DNA of 64,000 nucleotides, from assembly GCA_949358305.1 (NCBI GenBank), contig OX442314.1, positions 30,256,001 through 30,320,000 of the forward strand. The letters are read 5' to 3'. Under the pieces are notes generated by a model. It was given only the letters and a program-made list of their open reading frames with translations. It searched no databases and had not been told where the DNA came from. Each line of letters begins with the position of its first letter. Position 1 is the first letter of the stretch. Shown here one piece after another: positions 33,509 through 46,569 of this stretch. The stretch comes from Strigamia acuminata (taxonomy: Eukaryota). The position numbers and the translations under genes are program-made.

Positions 33509-36500
33509 ATGAATACTGTAAGTACCACACTTTTATCATCCACAATTAATATTAGCCATCAAACCCGACTTTTTATTAGCGTGTTTGTAATATTACATCT
33601 TTTATTTCATTATTTTTAACCGTCGAATAATTTTTTTTGATGATTTTTTGATGATTTTTTCGAGTACGGCGTTGAATGGTTTCTCACGCCGCGTGAGAGC
33701 GACTTGGCACGGCCGGGAGTTTTGAAATCTCCGTCGAAATAATCAAAAACATTTATTTTGTCCGTATAGTTTCTCCGAGTAGAATTTTCCATTAAAAAAA
33801 AATGTTTTTGAGATTGCAGTTCATTAGTTTTATTCATTTGACCCGGTACACGACTACATTTGTTTAAAAATGTGCCACAGCTCGTGATGTTTATTGATAT
33901 GTTTAGCGTCGACCTTGCATTAGGCCTAGGTCAAGTACTACTGAGGCCAGCAACATTCAAACCCGGAAACGAATATGTTCTGCACATCCTTGATTTTTTT
34001 TTCTTAGTTTCCGATCTGATGAACACGGACTTGAACTACAAACCTAGTTATTCTGACTTAATATTCATAACGCGAACAAGTTTATATTCTTGTTTTATTA
34101 CAACCACGAAAAACAAGGCTTATTGTAAAAGGGAATTACAATGGGAAAATGGGAACAAGATAAAATACAGTTTTTAAAATAAATTGCATGTTGTTTAAGT
34201 GGTTACCTGGTGTTATACACTCAGATAAATATGGGTTTCATTCATGACTTCTTTTATTTATTTCTGTTTTGGCCTTAAAAGGTGTTAATCTGGGCTATTA
34301 CATCTTTTTAAAGACTTAAATCCTATTCACGATGTCTTAGGAGTCTCAGGGATGGTGAAGTACATTGTATGCATCTCGGCTTTTTAGATTATTGGGGGCT
34401 TTAAGGTTTTTAGCTTTGTGTGTGTCAATTTGTAGTTTTAAATAACATTCAATCCTCAAAAGACAAATTCAATCCTCCTTAAATCACTTAAAGAAGTGGA
34501 CAGAACTGAACTAAAAAGATGGCTTCCTACAACATCAGTAATAATAGTCTACAACAGGTGCCAAAGAGATGAATCACTTCTATATGTCAAAGAAATTATT
34601 TCAATTTCACTTAATCTTAATCCTCTTATTTGAATTCTTTCAAGTTGATTTCTTAGAGATGTGATGTAAAAGACGTCTTATCCTATTTGGAGAAGTCAAG
34701 TCGTCTTTTGAGGATTAAATGGGTAAAGAAGGTGTTAGGTGTTTCTTGATTTTATCTGTGTGGTTGCAGTCATACAATAGTTCTTTTATAGTGTGGTCTA
34801 TTGAATTTTACCCTGTAACTTTTGGTTGAGTGTTTATCTTTGATTTACAAACAATGTAAACTGTGTGGGCTGACACATGGCAGTTCTAGAAAAGTGTCCA
34901 GTCGAGATAAGGTTCAGTTTTGGGAGTATACTTTCTTCCATCTGGGCAAAAATTAATCAGGTTTGGGATCCAGCACTTCTGTCAGAACAATGCTGTGTAA
35001 CCTTTTTGCACCTCGCACTGTTACTTCTCGCTTGCACCTGGTATCTTGATGCTAAATTCAAACTGTGCACCCTATTCTACGCAGACAAATTCCTAATTCA
35101 GTTATTTAGCAGTATTGAGACCAATATTAAGCCTAATAATACGAAATTAAAGTAAATAAACAACAAAAAACTCATTAATAAAAGTAATTTACAGCATGGT
35201 ACCAAAAACCACCTTGTTAAATGCATATGCAGAATATGATGCACTGTTTGAATTTGGCATCAAGACACCGGGCATAAACTGTAGAGCAGTCCCCAGAAAT
35301 GTGTCCAGTCTAAAGAAAGTTCAGTTGGAAGAGCGAACTTTTTTTCTCTAGACAAAACCTGATTTGACGCCGCTATGTACAAATCAAAGTTTACGCTCTA
35401 CTCTTCCAAAAGACTTGATCGTAGTTTTAATACGTATTTTTTATTTATTTATATATAGTTCCTAATATGCGTACTTTCACTCAGCATCCTTCATCAATCA
35501 TTAGCAACTTTCTCGACTGGTTCGAGTAACTTTGCTAGTGGTAGGTATGGAGGAGGAAGCAGTTCCAATTATGGCTCAAACCAGCCCAGCTACAGTCCAC
35601 CCAGCAGTTACAGTCCACCCAGCTATGGAACCAAACCATCCATTTACTATGCCGGACCCATCGTATACTCCGACGAGAAACCCCCAGCACTCATCTTTCC
35701 GTCTCCGCCATCCACTTACCAAACCGGTTACGGCGGTGGAAGTAGCTATGGCTCCGGTTCTAGCTATGGAAGCAGTAGCCAATCTGTAGAATATGTGCCA
35801 CTTCCAATTCACGATTTGCCAGTGCTCATATACCAGTCCAAAGACAAACCACCACTTCATGTCCTTGGTGGTGGTGGAACCGGTGGATCTTCCTATTCTT
35901 CTGGCAGCACCGGTGGTTCCTACGGTGGCGGTGGAAGTTATTCTTCTTCTAGTTACGCTTCCCCATCCTACAGCGTAGCGGCTCCTGCTCCATCCTACTC
36001 TTCGGCAGCAGCTCCTCTTCCATCTCCTTCTCCTCCTTCAGCTCCTAGTTATGGCTCAAGTGGTTCTTATTCAGGTGGTGGTTATGCAGGTGCTTCTCAA
36101 CAGGCAATGTACATGCCAGCAGCCATTCCAGCCCCAGCACCAATCTACATCAATCCACCCACACCACAGTATGCTGGCAGCAGTTCAGCTGATTACAGTA
36201 GTGCTGGCAGCAGTTATGGAGGACAGAGCTATGGTGCAGCCAGTCAGCAGTATCCAAGTGCCGGCAGTTCAAGCTACGGAAGCGGGCAAAGCTACGGAAG
36301 TGGACAAAGCTATGGAAGTGGACAAAGCTATGGAAGTGGACAAAGCTATGGAAGCGGACAGAGTTATCAGAGTCCAAGTTACGAAAGCTCAACACCTCTA
36401 CCTCACATAGTTTATGCTGGACATCCTCCGATACATGTCTATTCCCAACCCCAAGTATACATGACGTCGGCCGGTAGCAGTTACGGAGGTTCCGGATCCT

Positions 36501-37087
36501 ACGACAGCAGCTACGGTCAAGCAGGTTACGGCTCTTCCAGCGGCAGCTACGGGGCATCACCACCGGCCAGTTACGGAGCCGCTTCTACTGGCAGTTACGG
36601 AGCGGCGGCTCCACCCAGTTACGGAGCAGTGTCAGCCGGTAGTTACGGAAACGTTGGTGCCAGCTACGGAAGCACCGGAAGTAGTTACGGAAGCTCAGGA
36701 AGTAGTTACGGAGGCGCAGGAAGCAGTTACGGAAGCTCAGGAAGTAGTTACGGAGGCTCAGGAAGTAGTTACGGTAGCTCCGGAGCTGGAGGTTACGGCG
36801 GAAGTTACGGCGGTTCACAAAACAATTATGTAGCAGTTCCCGGCATTTCGAAACCACCGATACTTATTTATCAAGGTATCCGTCCACCGATGACTGTTGT
36901 TCCAAGCAGTCCTGGTTATTCGGCAGCGTCTTCGTATTCGGCCGGCAGCGCAGGAAGTTACAGTGGTAAAATAGGACCAACAAATTCTTCCCCGACAGTT
37001 TCTTCTTCCGAGTTGAAGAGCAATACTGACAGCAATGATATCATTAATGAGATTATGGCTGCTTCTCAAGATGCAAAAAGCAACTAG
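33509..37087 (+). CDS. Secreted Gly/Ser/Tyr/Pro-rich structural protein (cuticle/eggshell-like), ~545 aa; exons 33509-33517 and 35459-37087
   Basis: A micro-exon ATGAATACT|GTAAGT splices in phase to FLICVLSLSILHQSLA (signal-peptide-like) and continues into the 430-aa ORF with SYGSGQ and SSYG repeats. Confidence 0.85.
34446..34721. mobile_element. Probable MITE; related copy at ~56080-56358
   Basis: Inverted ends CATTCAATCCTCAAAAGAC / GTCTTTTGAGGATTAAATG; internal TCCTCTTATTTGAATTCTTTCAAGTT is shared with ~56262-56288. Confidence 0.55.
35030..35285. mobile_element. Degenerate MITE; related copy at ~48112-48300
   Basis: Inverted CTGGTATCTTGATGCTAAATTCAAAC / GTTTGAATTTGGCATCAAGACACCGG; the same arms occur in PCYOX1 intron 1. 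Confidence 0.55.
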
Positions 37088-37624
37088 AAAATTGTTTGTC
37101 ATTTTTTGAACTTTTATTTTGGTTTTAATTGTCGAAAATAGGTAGCAGGCTACAATTAAAAATTTGTTTTACAACATTTTCAACAAGCCTCTGGAAGGCA
37201 TCCCAATGTCCATCTTTTATACCTTTTTTTGATACTTATACATATATAATTTTTTTTAAAAAAAAAAATAAGTTCTAGAATTTTTTTTGTACTGGCTTTA
37301 AGTAATTAAAATATTTAATTAAGAATGAATTAGTTTCATCAATTATCTGCTCAAATAAACTGCAATTTATATAAAAAGCAACAAACTGAATTCAGACATT
37401 TCAAGTTCTCCAATGCTTCTTAAGCAACAAAAGTATTTTCAACTCTCCATAGATGTCTCTCTCTCTAGAATTTCATCTGTCATTAAAGATGTGGACCAGC
37501 AGAAATTCAAACTTAAAGAATGTAAGTAAATAAAGTAAAATATGAGGAAACAGGACCAGCTTCAGACATTTTGGTAGCCCTTGCCAAGTAAGCTTGGATA
37601 TGTAACCGTTTCGTGTGCATATTG

Positions 37625-37816
37625 TAGACTTTGACCGGTGTCGGCTATCGGCCGATATTTCGGTATTCACCGATATCGGATCCGATATTTTTTGTGTGGC
37701 CGATACCAATATTGCAATTTTTCTAAAACTTATCGTTTTAGAAACGCGTTAGCATCCTCGGTTGCCGATTATCGGTGTCGGCGATACTGCAAAATATCGA
37801 TATCGGTCAAAGTCTA
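37625..37816. mobile_element. hAT-type MITE
   Basis: TIR TAGACTTTGACCG / CGGTCAAAGTCTA; 8-bp flanks GCATATTG / GTATATTG; internal CCGATA/TATCGG repeats. Confidence 0.8.
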
Positions 37817-38088
37817 GTATATTGTATGATTTTATTTTGTGACATTTAGCATGGTCGCCGTAGGCTGGATGTAACTTGTCCAAAAATCAAAAAGTATTAA
37901 AATTTGTTATAAAACCCAGGAATTCATCATACTTGCTGCTATTTTAAATAAGGATGCGAAATATCAAGGTAAGCAAAACACTTTTACGCATGCACCGGTG
38001 TTTACATTGCAAACCTGCAAAATCTTTTTATTAAAATACCATCACAGATTTTCCATCTGATAAACTATATTTTTTTCTTTCAAATTAA

Positions 38089-38751
<663 letters not shown>

Positions 38752-39224
38752 GACGAATCGGCGCCAACGATTTTCCGACGAGGAAAATTCGGTCTCGTGG
38801 CGGCGGCGCTGATGTTGTTGATAAAATATCGTGCAATAATTGTTTTTACGGTAGCCGAAAAGGCACAACACCAAACATAAAGGCAATATTAGTTAATTCA
38901 TACGATTTAATCCTTAAATTAGAACATTTTAAACTTGTATTTACGATTCTCGGTGCATTTAAACATGTGTTTGTAAGATTCAAAAATAGAAATCAATTTT
39001 ATTACAGTAAGGAAATATTATTACGGCAGTTCATAAGGCGCAACACAAATATTTCCTACACAATAATGCATACGTTTGTCATACGTTCTCTTGCACGTAT
39101 TGGCGACGTGTCTGATATTTCAGATATATATATGGGCGAGTTTATCCTATAGCATCACTATTCTCTGGATAACTAAAGGGAAATCACTCATTTGTCAGAA
39201 CCTGAACAGAAATATTAAACTACA

Positions 39225-40724
39225 ATGGCAGTTAATCAGATAATTGAAAATCAATTACGATTACTCTCAAACAATCTCTACAATTCGCGAGACGATGGGA
39301 AACCGGGAAAAGTCACGTTAGAATGCCCGGATGGACGTGTGTTGGCACACAAGAGCATTCTGAAGGCCGCGAGTGATTATTTCCGCGCGATGTTCAGTCA
39401 CAACGTCAAAGAAAACGTATCTGACGTGGTCCACATCCCGGACACAACCGCTCAAGTGATAAACATCGTAATTAAATTCATATACGGTCAAGACATAAGT
39501 GAAATCACTAGTGAAATCACCGACAGTCTAATGCGTGAAATACTTATCGCCGCTGATAAAATGCAATTGAAAAGCCTATTCGACAAATACTGGATCCCAT
39601 ATAGCAAATCGATCACTCTGGACAACTATTCAACCGTGTGGCAATTAGCCGAAATGACCGCCGACGATAAAACGGTGGAAAACGTCGAAATATTTGTTTC
39701 GGAACAACTGAAACGAATCCCCGACCTTCTTCCCGACAACAAAATGGCGCTATTGCGCTCTCTCGTTGCGCGTGGTAGTTACAATTTTGGTAAGTTGTCG
39801 GACGAGATTCTTCGGGATCTTACATCGTCGAATGATGTTGTCGAATCGCCGGAAATTTACGACGCGTTGAACAAAGAGATGGTTTCGCGCTGTGTCGAAG
39901 AAGTGGAGCCGAGAATTAACATTCACGCTTTCGCTATTAAAAAATGGAAGTGCAAACATTCGGTTCTGAAAACAATGAGCGACAAGGAATGGACAAGTTC
40001 GCCATTTTGTCAACTTCACGATTCACTGTGTGTTCCGGCAGTTTCGACGAGCAAAGACGTGTTTTATTTTACTTTCAGGAATAATAAATTCCACGCTATC
40101 AACATGGCGACACACCGGTCCATCGTCCAAGAAACGATAACGGAAAGTCAATTGTCATTATCGGAAGACTTCAGGATCGAAGCTGCGAATCGTACGGACG
40201 TCTACATCAGGACGCATCCGACGACGAATTTTCAGTACGCGTGTTTTAATTTCGCTCGAATGAGATGGATTTTAGTCGAATTTGCCGAGCATTACGTGCA
40301 CGACGTGCAGTCGATGCTTTTTGCCACCGGTGACGGCAAGTTTGTCTTCGATGTCGACGAACGGCGCATTAAAATCGTCGATACTAAATCAATGACGTGG
40401 GTGATGAAGAAGAAGTTGCCGGGTGATTGGAAGGACGTGAGGTGTAAGAATCGTAACGAGAGTTGTGGGGGGAAATTGATTTTTGTGCAGAAAGAACCGA
40501 GTTGTTTGTTGGTTTACGACATCGTGCGTGATTGCTGGAGTGTTGTTTCGACGCCGGGTATTGTGGGAAAGGTGATTATGTACGCATCTTACGGAAGCGA
40601 GTGTTTAATATTTGAAAAGATAGGTTACGAGTGTAAAGTACATTCTTTAAAGACTATGACGGTTGTTTCATCCTATAAATTACCCAGGCATTTTGGTTAC
40701 ATCTATTTTGACGTAAGCGTTTAA
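39225..40724 (+). CDS. Intronless BTB/POZ protein with degenerate BACK/kelch-like C-terminus (499 aa)
   Basis: BTB signature VLAHKSILKAASDYFRAMFSH...VIKFIYG...ILIAADKMQL; beta-rich C-terminal half with LLVYDIVRDCWS. Confidence 0.85.
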   Translation: MAVNQIIENQLRLLSNNLYNSRDDGKPGKVTLECPDGRVLAHKSILKAASDYFRAMFSHNVKENVSDVVHIPDTTAQVINIVIKFIYGQDISEITSEITDSLMREILIAADKMQLKSLFDKYWIPYSKSITLDNYSTVWQLAEMTADDKTVENVEIFVSEQLKRIPDLLPDNKMALLRSLVARGSYNFGKLSDEILRDLTSSNDVVESPEIYDALNKEMVSRCVEEVEPRINIHAFAIKKWKCKHSVLKTMSDKEWTSSPFCQLHDSLCVPAVSTSKDVFYFTFRNNKFHAINMATHRSIVQETITESQLSLSEDFRIEAANRTDVYIRTHPTTNFQYACFNFARMRWILVEFAEHYVHDVQSMLFATGDGKFVFDVDERRIKIVDTKSMTWVMKKKLPGDWKDVRCKNRNESCGGKLIFVQKEPSCLLVYDIVRDCWSVVSTPGIVGKVIMYASYGSECLIFEKIGYECKVHSLKTMTVVSSYKLPRHFGYIYFDVSV

Positions 40725-41130
40725 TGATGCATTTTTCCCTTACAGTTTAAGACTATACGGTACAACGAGAAGAGCACTCCCGTGCTTCACTGCAGTGCCC
40801 ATTGTGTTTTGCATTTTTACAACACACATCAATCAATCAGTATTGTGATATTGTTGTCTCGTAATAAGAGAATTCTTTGTTGTTTTGTTTCATTTTGAAT
40901 TTTTAGTATTTTGTTTTACATAAAAAGGAAAATAAGTCCGAGCAGCTAATAGATATACATTTTTCTCTTTCAAGCTTTCTTACAAATAAAATAAATTACT
41001 ATGTAAATAAATGTGTCAATAAATTAATAAAATGAAATATAAAAAAAAAACAGGAAGAAGTTCTTTCTCTAGCAAAATCAACGAATGTCAACACTGACAC
41101 CACCTTTGGCAGAACTCAGGATTCAGTATC

Positions 41131-42163
41131 TCAGGTCGACTGAGTGAGATTCTGGTAAAGGCGCTGACCCCACCACTGCTCCAAGTCAAAGGGCGTAAAA
41201 TCTAGAAACAAAAACATTATTTTCAAACACACTCATAAATAAATAAATAAATAAATAAATAAATATAAATGCTAAAATACCGCCGTATTTCGAATGTGTT
41301 AGGTGTTTGTCTTTCTGTTTTGTGATGTTAAAAATACAAAACAAAACAAAAACACAACACCAAAAACACTTAAAACAGCAGCTGCATTCAAAAACTAAAA
41401 TATTTTGTGTTTTACTTCAATTTTAAACCAAAAATGACATTATCTCGTGTTTTACTTCAATTTTAAACCAAAAATGACATCATCTCGTGTTTTACTTCAA
41501 TTTTAAACCAAAAATGACATCATCTTGTGTTTTACTTCAATTTTAAACCAAAAATGACATCATCTCCGCTTAAACCCACGTTAAAACTTAAAATACGCTT
41601 AAACTAAAAATTGTATTTTTCTTTACTTTGTAATTGTGGGTGTACAGCCGTGTCTTGAAAGTAAGTAATATTCGCTACATGTCCCTCGGTGTTGTTTTCT
41701 TTAATCAGTTCGTATTCCTTTGAAACCCGGGTCCACGCTGAAATATTAAAATTAAAAATTAAAATAATATAAAAATATACATTTAATTTTTTCACCATCA
41801 TGGAGATATTTAATCAACTCTTCGTGATTTGGTGTCAATGTTTCTTGCGGTGAGCGATGGTTATTCGATCTTTTGCCATTCACTTGATGAAAAACAGGTT
41901 TGGGCGAGCTAGTACAAATAAATAAAAATTACAAACCATAATTTTTAGACATTAATTAATTCATACTTCATTTCTGTGGGGTCCTCCAGCTCGGTATTTT
42001 TTTTCTGGAAATCCCTTTGGTTGTCGATTTTCTGCGAGTTGGTGATGCCTGCAACGCGAACGAATGTGAATTAAGCCGAGAGAATCGACAATTGCGGCTC
42101 AAACTCACCACGACGCGCTTTATCTACTACTTGTTTACTGGGTCCTTTAGCGATTGTATACAT
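41131..42163 (-). CDS. MCRIP1: MAPK-regulated corepressor-interacting protein (MCRIP/FAM195 family), 5 exons
   Basis: Hand-spliced protein: MYTIAKGPSKQVVDKARRG...SPKPVFHQVNGKR...HEELIKYLHDAWTRV...HPQLQNFTPFDLEQWWGQRLYQNL*. The family call is secure; the MCRIP1 vs MCRIP2 paralog cannot be resolved. Confidence 0.88.
41405..41566. repeat. 40-bp intronic minisatellite, 4 copies
   Basis: TTTTAAACCA recurs at 41421, 41461, 41501 and 41541. Confidence 0.9.
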
Positions 42164-42790
42164 CACTCGATCAACGACTCGCTGCGAGATTACCGTAGAA
42201 ATAAATTTGATGACCAGTCCGCATAGATGACGTTAGGTGGAAGCACTTCATAAGCGGATTTTCGATTTTATTTCTCTACGGAAACCAATAGGAACCTTTG
42301 TGTTTACTCAATTAAACGGTGCAGACTGATAAATAACCCCAAACAAATACATCAAAATAATTTAATTGATATTATTATTGCTTTCTAAAGCTAAAATTTC
42401 AAATATAAAATTAGATGTATGTGTCTAATTTATCTTAAAATGTTGTTTGTTATTTTTATTACTTTTTCATGATTTATGCAGATTCCAGTCTAGCTGCGAA
42501 GCTTGTCGTACGTCATATTTCAATGTCTAGCTCAGTTGTGCGAATGTATCTTTTCTCAAAATTTTGATTTTTCTTTTGTTTGAAAATAAAGTTTAAATAA
42601 GTCTATTTGCAAATTTGTGTATATTTGTGTATATATTGGATATTTTAAGAGCAACCCAATGGCGCTCGTGTTGAAATTCGTACCTAAAACATTTCAGTGG
42701 AATTTGCAGTGTACATGTAAATTTGGAGTAAAATTGTGAATAAATAGACACTTCGTTTATAAATAAATAACGAATGCTTTATTTTACTGT

Positions 42791-45317
42791 TTAAAAGTCC
42801 GCATCCAAAGTAAATTCGTGTCGTAGGTATGCGGGAATTCCAACATTGGCAAGCTTGTATTCTGGAACTTTCTTCTCGAAGAAATTACTTTTGCCTTCCA
42901 AGGAAATGTTCTCCATGAAATCGAATGGATTTTCAACATTGTACAACTGCACAAGTGTTTTAATAAATTCAGTTTTTAAGGTGAGATTTTTGGGTTTTTT
43001 TTTTTATTTGTTACCTTGTTGCAATTTAAACTCTGCAAAATAACATCAGCCACGTACTGCACATATTGGTTCATCAACTGAGCATTCATTCCAATTATAC
43101 CAATCGGTAATGCTTCGTTGAAAAACTAAAAGATAAAAAAAAAAATATTTAAGCAATAATTTCTCTGCACATTTTAACATTACACAAATTTTGTATAAAT
43201 TTAACTGAAATTTCTCAAATTTTGTATAAATTTATCTTAAATTCGTCAAATTTTGTATAAACTTATCTGAAATTCCTCAAATTTTGTATAAATTTATCTA
43301 AAATTCCTCAAATTTTGTAAAAATTTATTGAATATTATCAAATTTTGTATAAATTTATCTGAAATTCCTCAAATTTTGTATAAATTTATCTGAAATTCCT
43401 CAAATTTTGTACAAATTTATCTGAAATTCCTCATATTTTGTACAAATTTATATGAAATTCTTCAAATTTAATATAAATTTATCTGAAATTCCTCAAATTT
43501 TGTATAAATTTATCTGAAATTCCTCAAATTTTGTATAAATTCATTGAATATTATCAATTTTTTTCTTCAAATATAGTCAAAATCAAAACATCATCTAAAT
43601 TTACCACAAAATGAAATCAATTTACTATAAAATGATCTCAATTTACCACAAAATAATCTCAATTTACCACAAACTTACTTCATGTTCAATCGTGACCGCC
43701 TCAGCAATAATCGCTTGAATGCGTCTTTCGTCCGGTTTATTCTTCAAATGACTTAATATCAAACAAGCAAATTCCGTATGAAGGGCCTAAAACACAAAAA
43801 ACAAAAAAAACCCCATCACCAACACATCACAAAACCCTAAAAAACCAAATACCCACTTCGTCTCTGCAAATAAGTTCATTGCTGAACGTCAAACCAGGCA
43901 TCAAGCCCCTCTTTTTCAGCCAAAAAATGCCGGCAAACGACCCCGAGAAGAAAATCCCTTCGACCGCCGCGAATGCGACCAATCTTTCGCCGAACGGAGT
44001 CTAAAAAACAAAACGAACAAATCAAAATTAACGAGCGTCGAGCGCACGCATTTTAATTATTCACAAGTTAAATGCAACTAACACTTTTATTCTTGACCCA
44101 TTGAAGAGCCCACTCGCCTTTCTTTTTAATTGAAGGCACTAAAATTTGATTAGAAATATTTGAAAATGAGAACACGAGCGTTTAGAACTACGGAACCCGC
44201 GTGCTGCGAGTTTCATGTCGTTTTGCGGGGTTTTAAGCTTATTTTGCGAATTTGGCGCTACGTTGGGCGGGTTTTAATACGGTTTTTAATTGTTTTTTAC
44301 TTGTATCTAGTGAACTGAATAGTTGTTTCTTCTCCACTGGGTCCTTGATGTATGTGTCGATTAGTAAACTGTACATTTCCGAATGAATGTTCTAGAAGTA
44401 AATGGATATAATAAATATTTCGGTCTAGGTTTAATGGTTTTTCATCTGTCTGCACGGTAAAATTGGCTTTTTCGTAATTTTACGTCAGAAAATGCTTTTT
44501 TGTGCCTAAAATTAATTTATTTTGTCTACAGAAATGCATTTTTGTGCATAAATCAATTTATTTTGTCTAAAAAAATGCATTTTTGTGCATAAATCAATTC
44601 TTTTATCTCTGAAAAATGCATTTTTGTGCCTAAAATCAATTTATTTTGTCTAAAAAATGCATTTTTGAAACTAAATCAATTTATTTTGTCTAAAAAGATG
44701 CCTTTTTGTGCGTAAAATCAATTCTTTTTTCTCTGAAAAATGCATTTTTGTGCCTAAAATCAATTTATTTTGTCTAAAAAATGCATTTTTGAACCTAAAT
44801 CAATTCTTTCTTCTCTGAAAAATGCATTTTTGTGCATAAAATCCATTTTTTTATGTATTACCCCTTCCTTGTCACATACCTCGATCATAATTTGAAATCC
44901 ATAAAAACATCTTGCTTCTGGAATTTGTATTTCTTGACTAAACCTCTCCACTAAATTTTCGTTGACAATTCCATCACTTCCAGCAAAAAAAGCCAAAATT
45001 TGACTTATAAACAGCTTTTCGGCCGGCTAAAAATCATGTAAAAACATTTAAAAACATAAAAAAAATCGTAAAAAATCATCAAAAATTATCGACATTTTAA
45101 TCTTTTCTACCTTCAACGAGTCCCAATCCTTTAAATCGTTGCTCAAATCGACTTCTTCTGCCGTCCAGAATGAAGCTTGAGCTTTCTTATAGAACTGCCA
45201 AATGTCGTGATATTGGATCGGGAATAGGACGAATCTTAGCGGGTTTTCTTTAAGCAAAGGCTCGTCGTCGTTCGGACCCTTTTTGCAGCAATAGCAGTGA
45301 TAGTCGGCGTCACACAT
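42791..45317 (-). CDS. RRM2: Ribonucleoside-diphosphate reductase small subunit (class Ia R2), ~8 exons
   Basis: Motifs [114 protein letters not shown] and C-terminal FTLDADF. Confidence 0.95.
43186..43560. repeat. 31-bp intronic minisatellite (AAATTTTGTATAAATTTATCTGAAATTCCTC), ~12 copies
   Basis: Tandem copies within an RRM2 intron. Confidence 0.9.
44485..44850. repeat. ~40-bp intronic minisatellite (AAAAATGCATTTTTGTGC...AAATCAATT...)
   Basis: About 9 degenerate tandem copies within an RRM2 intron. Confidence 0.85.
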
Positions 45318-45750
45318 GATGAAAATGTTTTGTTTTTGATCGTTTCGCTTAACTCATAAATATAGAATCAAAATGACTAATGAAAATTTCGATGCCGAAA
45401 GAGAGCGCCACGTGCGAATCACTCGGAATCATCTCTTACAACAACCCGACTATCGACACTAGCGCTCGCAGTGATAGAAATGATATTTGTGCTCACGATG
45501 AAATATTTGAACGCTAAAACATCATGTATTCGAACATTCATTCAACTTAGATATTTTTTTTATTAATGGCAAAATATATTTTGCAAATATAATCATTTTC
45601 TCCATTTGTGTGACAAACAATTGGAACCAAAATGGCTGCCAGAATGGCTTTGCAGCAAATTTGACAAATCTCATTAAAAAATCATCCAAAAACCAACAAA
45701 AATGATTAGAAAACATCCCAAATTGACACAAATTAACATAATTTCTCATT

Positions 45751-46569
45751 TTAAACCTTCTTTCTAGACACAAATCCAGAATACACCCAATCCAGCTCCA
45801 CCGAACGGAACATCCGCTTAACAAAACCACTTTCAACGGGACAAACTTTCTTCCCATCCAACTGCAACACAAAAAACAACCCAACACCCCCATTACAATC
45901 CCTCAACACCATCCTCTGCACTTTTCCTTTCTCCTCATCCGACATAATCGACCAAAGATACTCAACGGCGCTTTCATTATTCATCGAAACAGCATAAACA
46001 AACACATTCAACTTCTTCGCAAAAGGAATATCAATTCCGCGCATTTTACGCCCAACCAAATCAGTCCAGAACTCATAAACCACACGAAAAAACTTCAGGG
46101 TCCTGGAATAAGGTCCCCAAAGCTCCCCCACCACGTCCACCACACAAAACGCACAAGCAATCTTAAACCTGATCGCCGGCTTCAATTTGGCCTCTCTGCA
46201 AAGCACTTGGGCCGTTTTGGTCCACTCGATCTTGCCATATTGAGTCCACTGCACGTATTTGTTTATTATCATGTCGACGTTCTCAAGGCCGCGGAGGGAG
46301 CAATGGCCATGCAGGAAGTCGAACCATTGGTGCAATTCGTTCCCCAAATGCCCGACGTATTTTTTTATCCAGGCTTTGAGGATTTCGGCACTTTTTAACG
46401 TTTCCACTTGTTCGGAAATTGCGGTTTTGATTTTGTTCCAGTTGTGGGTCGATGCAGTGTCGAACCAATCCATTGGTTCGCAGACGTAAGCGTTGGTCTT
46501 CCAGTAGTGAACTGCCATTTTGACGCAGAGAATGTGCTGAAGACTGGGCAATTCCAAAACACAAGACAT
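45751..46569 (-). CDS. Uncharacterized intronless protein (272 aa)
   Basis: Long ATG-started, non-repetitive ORF with helical, Trp-rich composition, more GC-rich than its flanks; TATA-like run ~90 bp upstream. Confidence 0.65.
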   Translation of the reverse strand: MSCVLELPSLQHILCVKMAVHYWKTNAYVCEPMDWFDTASTHNWNKIKTAISEQVETLKSAEILKAWIKKYVGHLGNELHQWFDFLHGHCSLRGLENVDMIINKYVQWTQYGKIEWTKTAQVLCREAKLKPAIRFKIACAFCVVDVVGELWGPYSRTLKFFRVVYEFWTDLVGRKMRGIDIPFAKKLNVFVYAVSMNNESAVEYLWSIMSDEEKGKVQRMVLRDCNGGVGLFFVLQLDGKKVCPVESGFVKRMFRSVELDWVYSGFVSRKKV

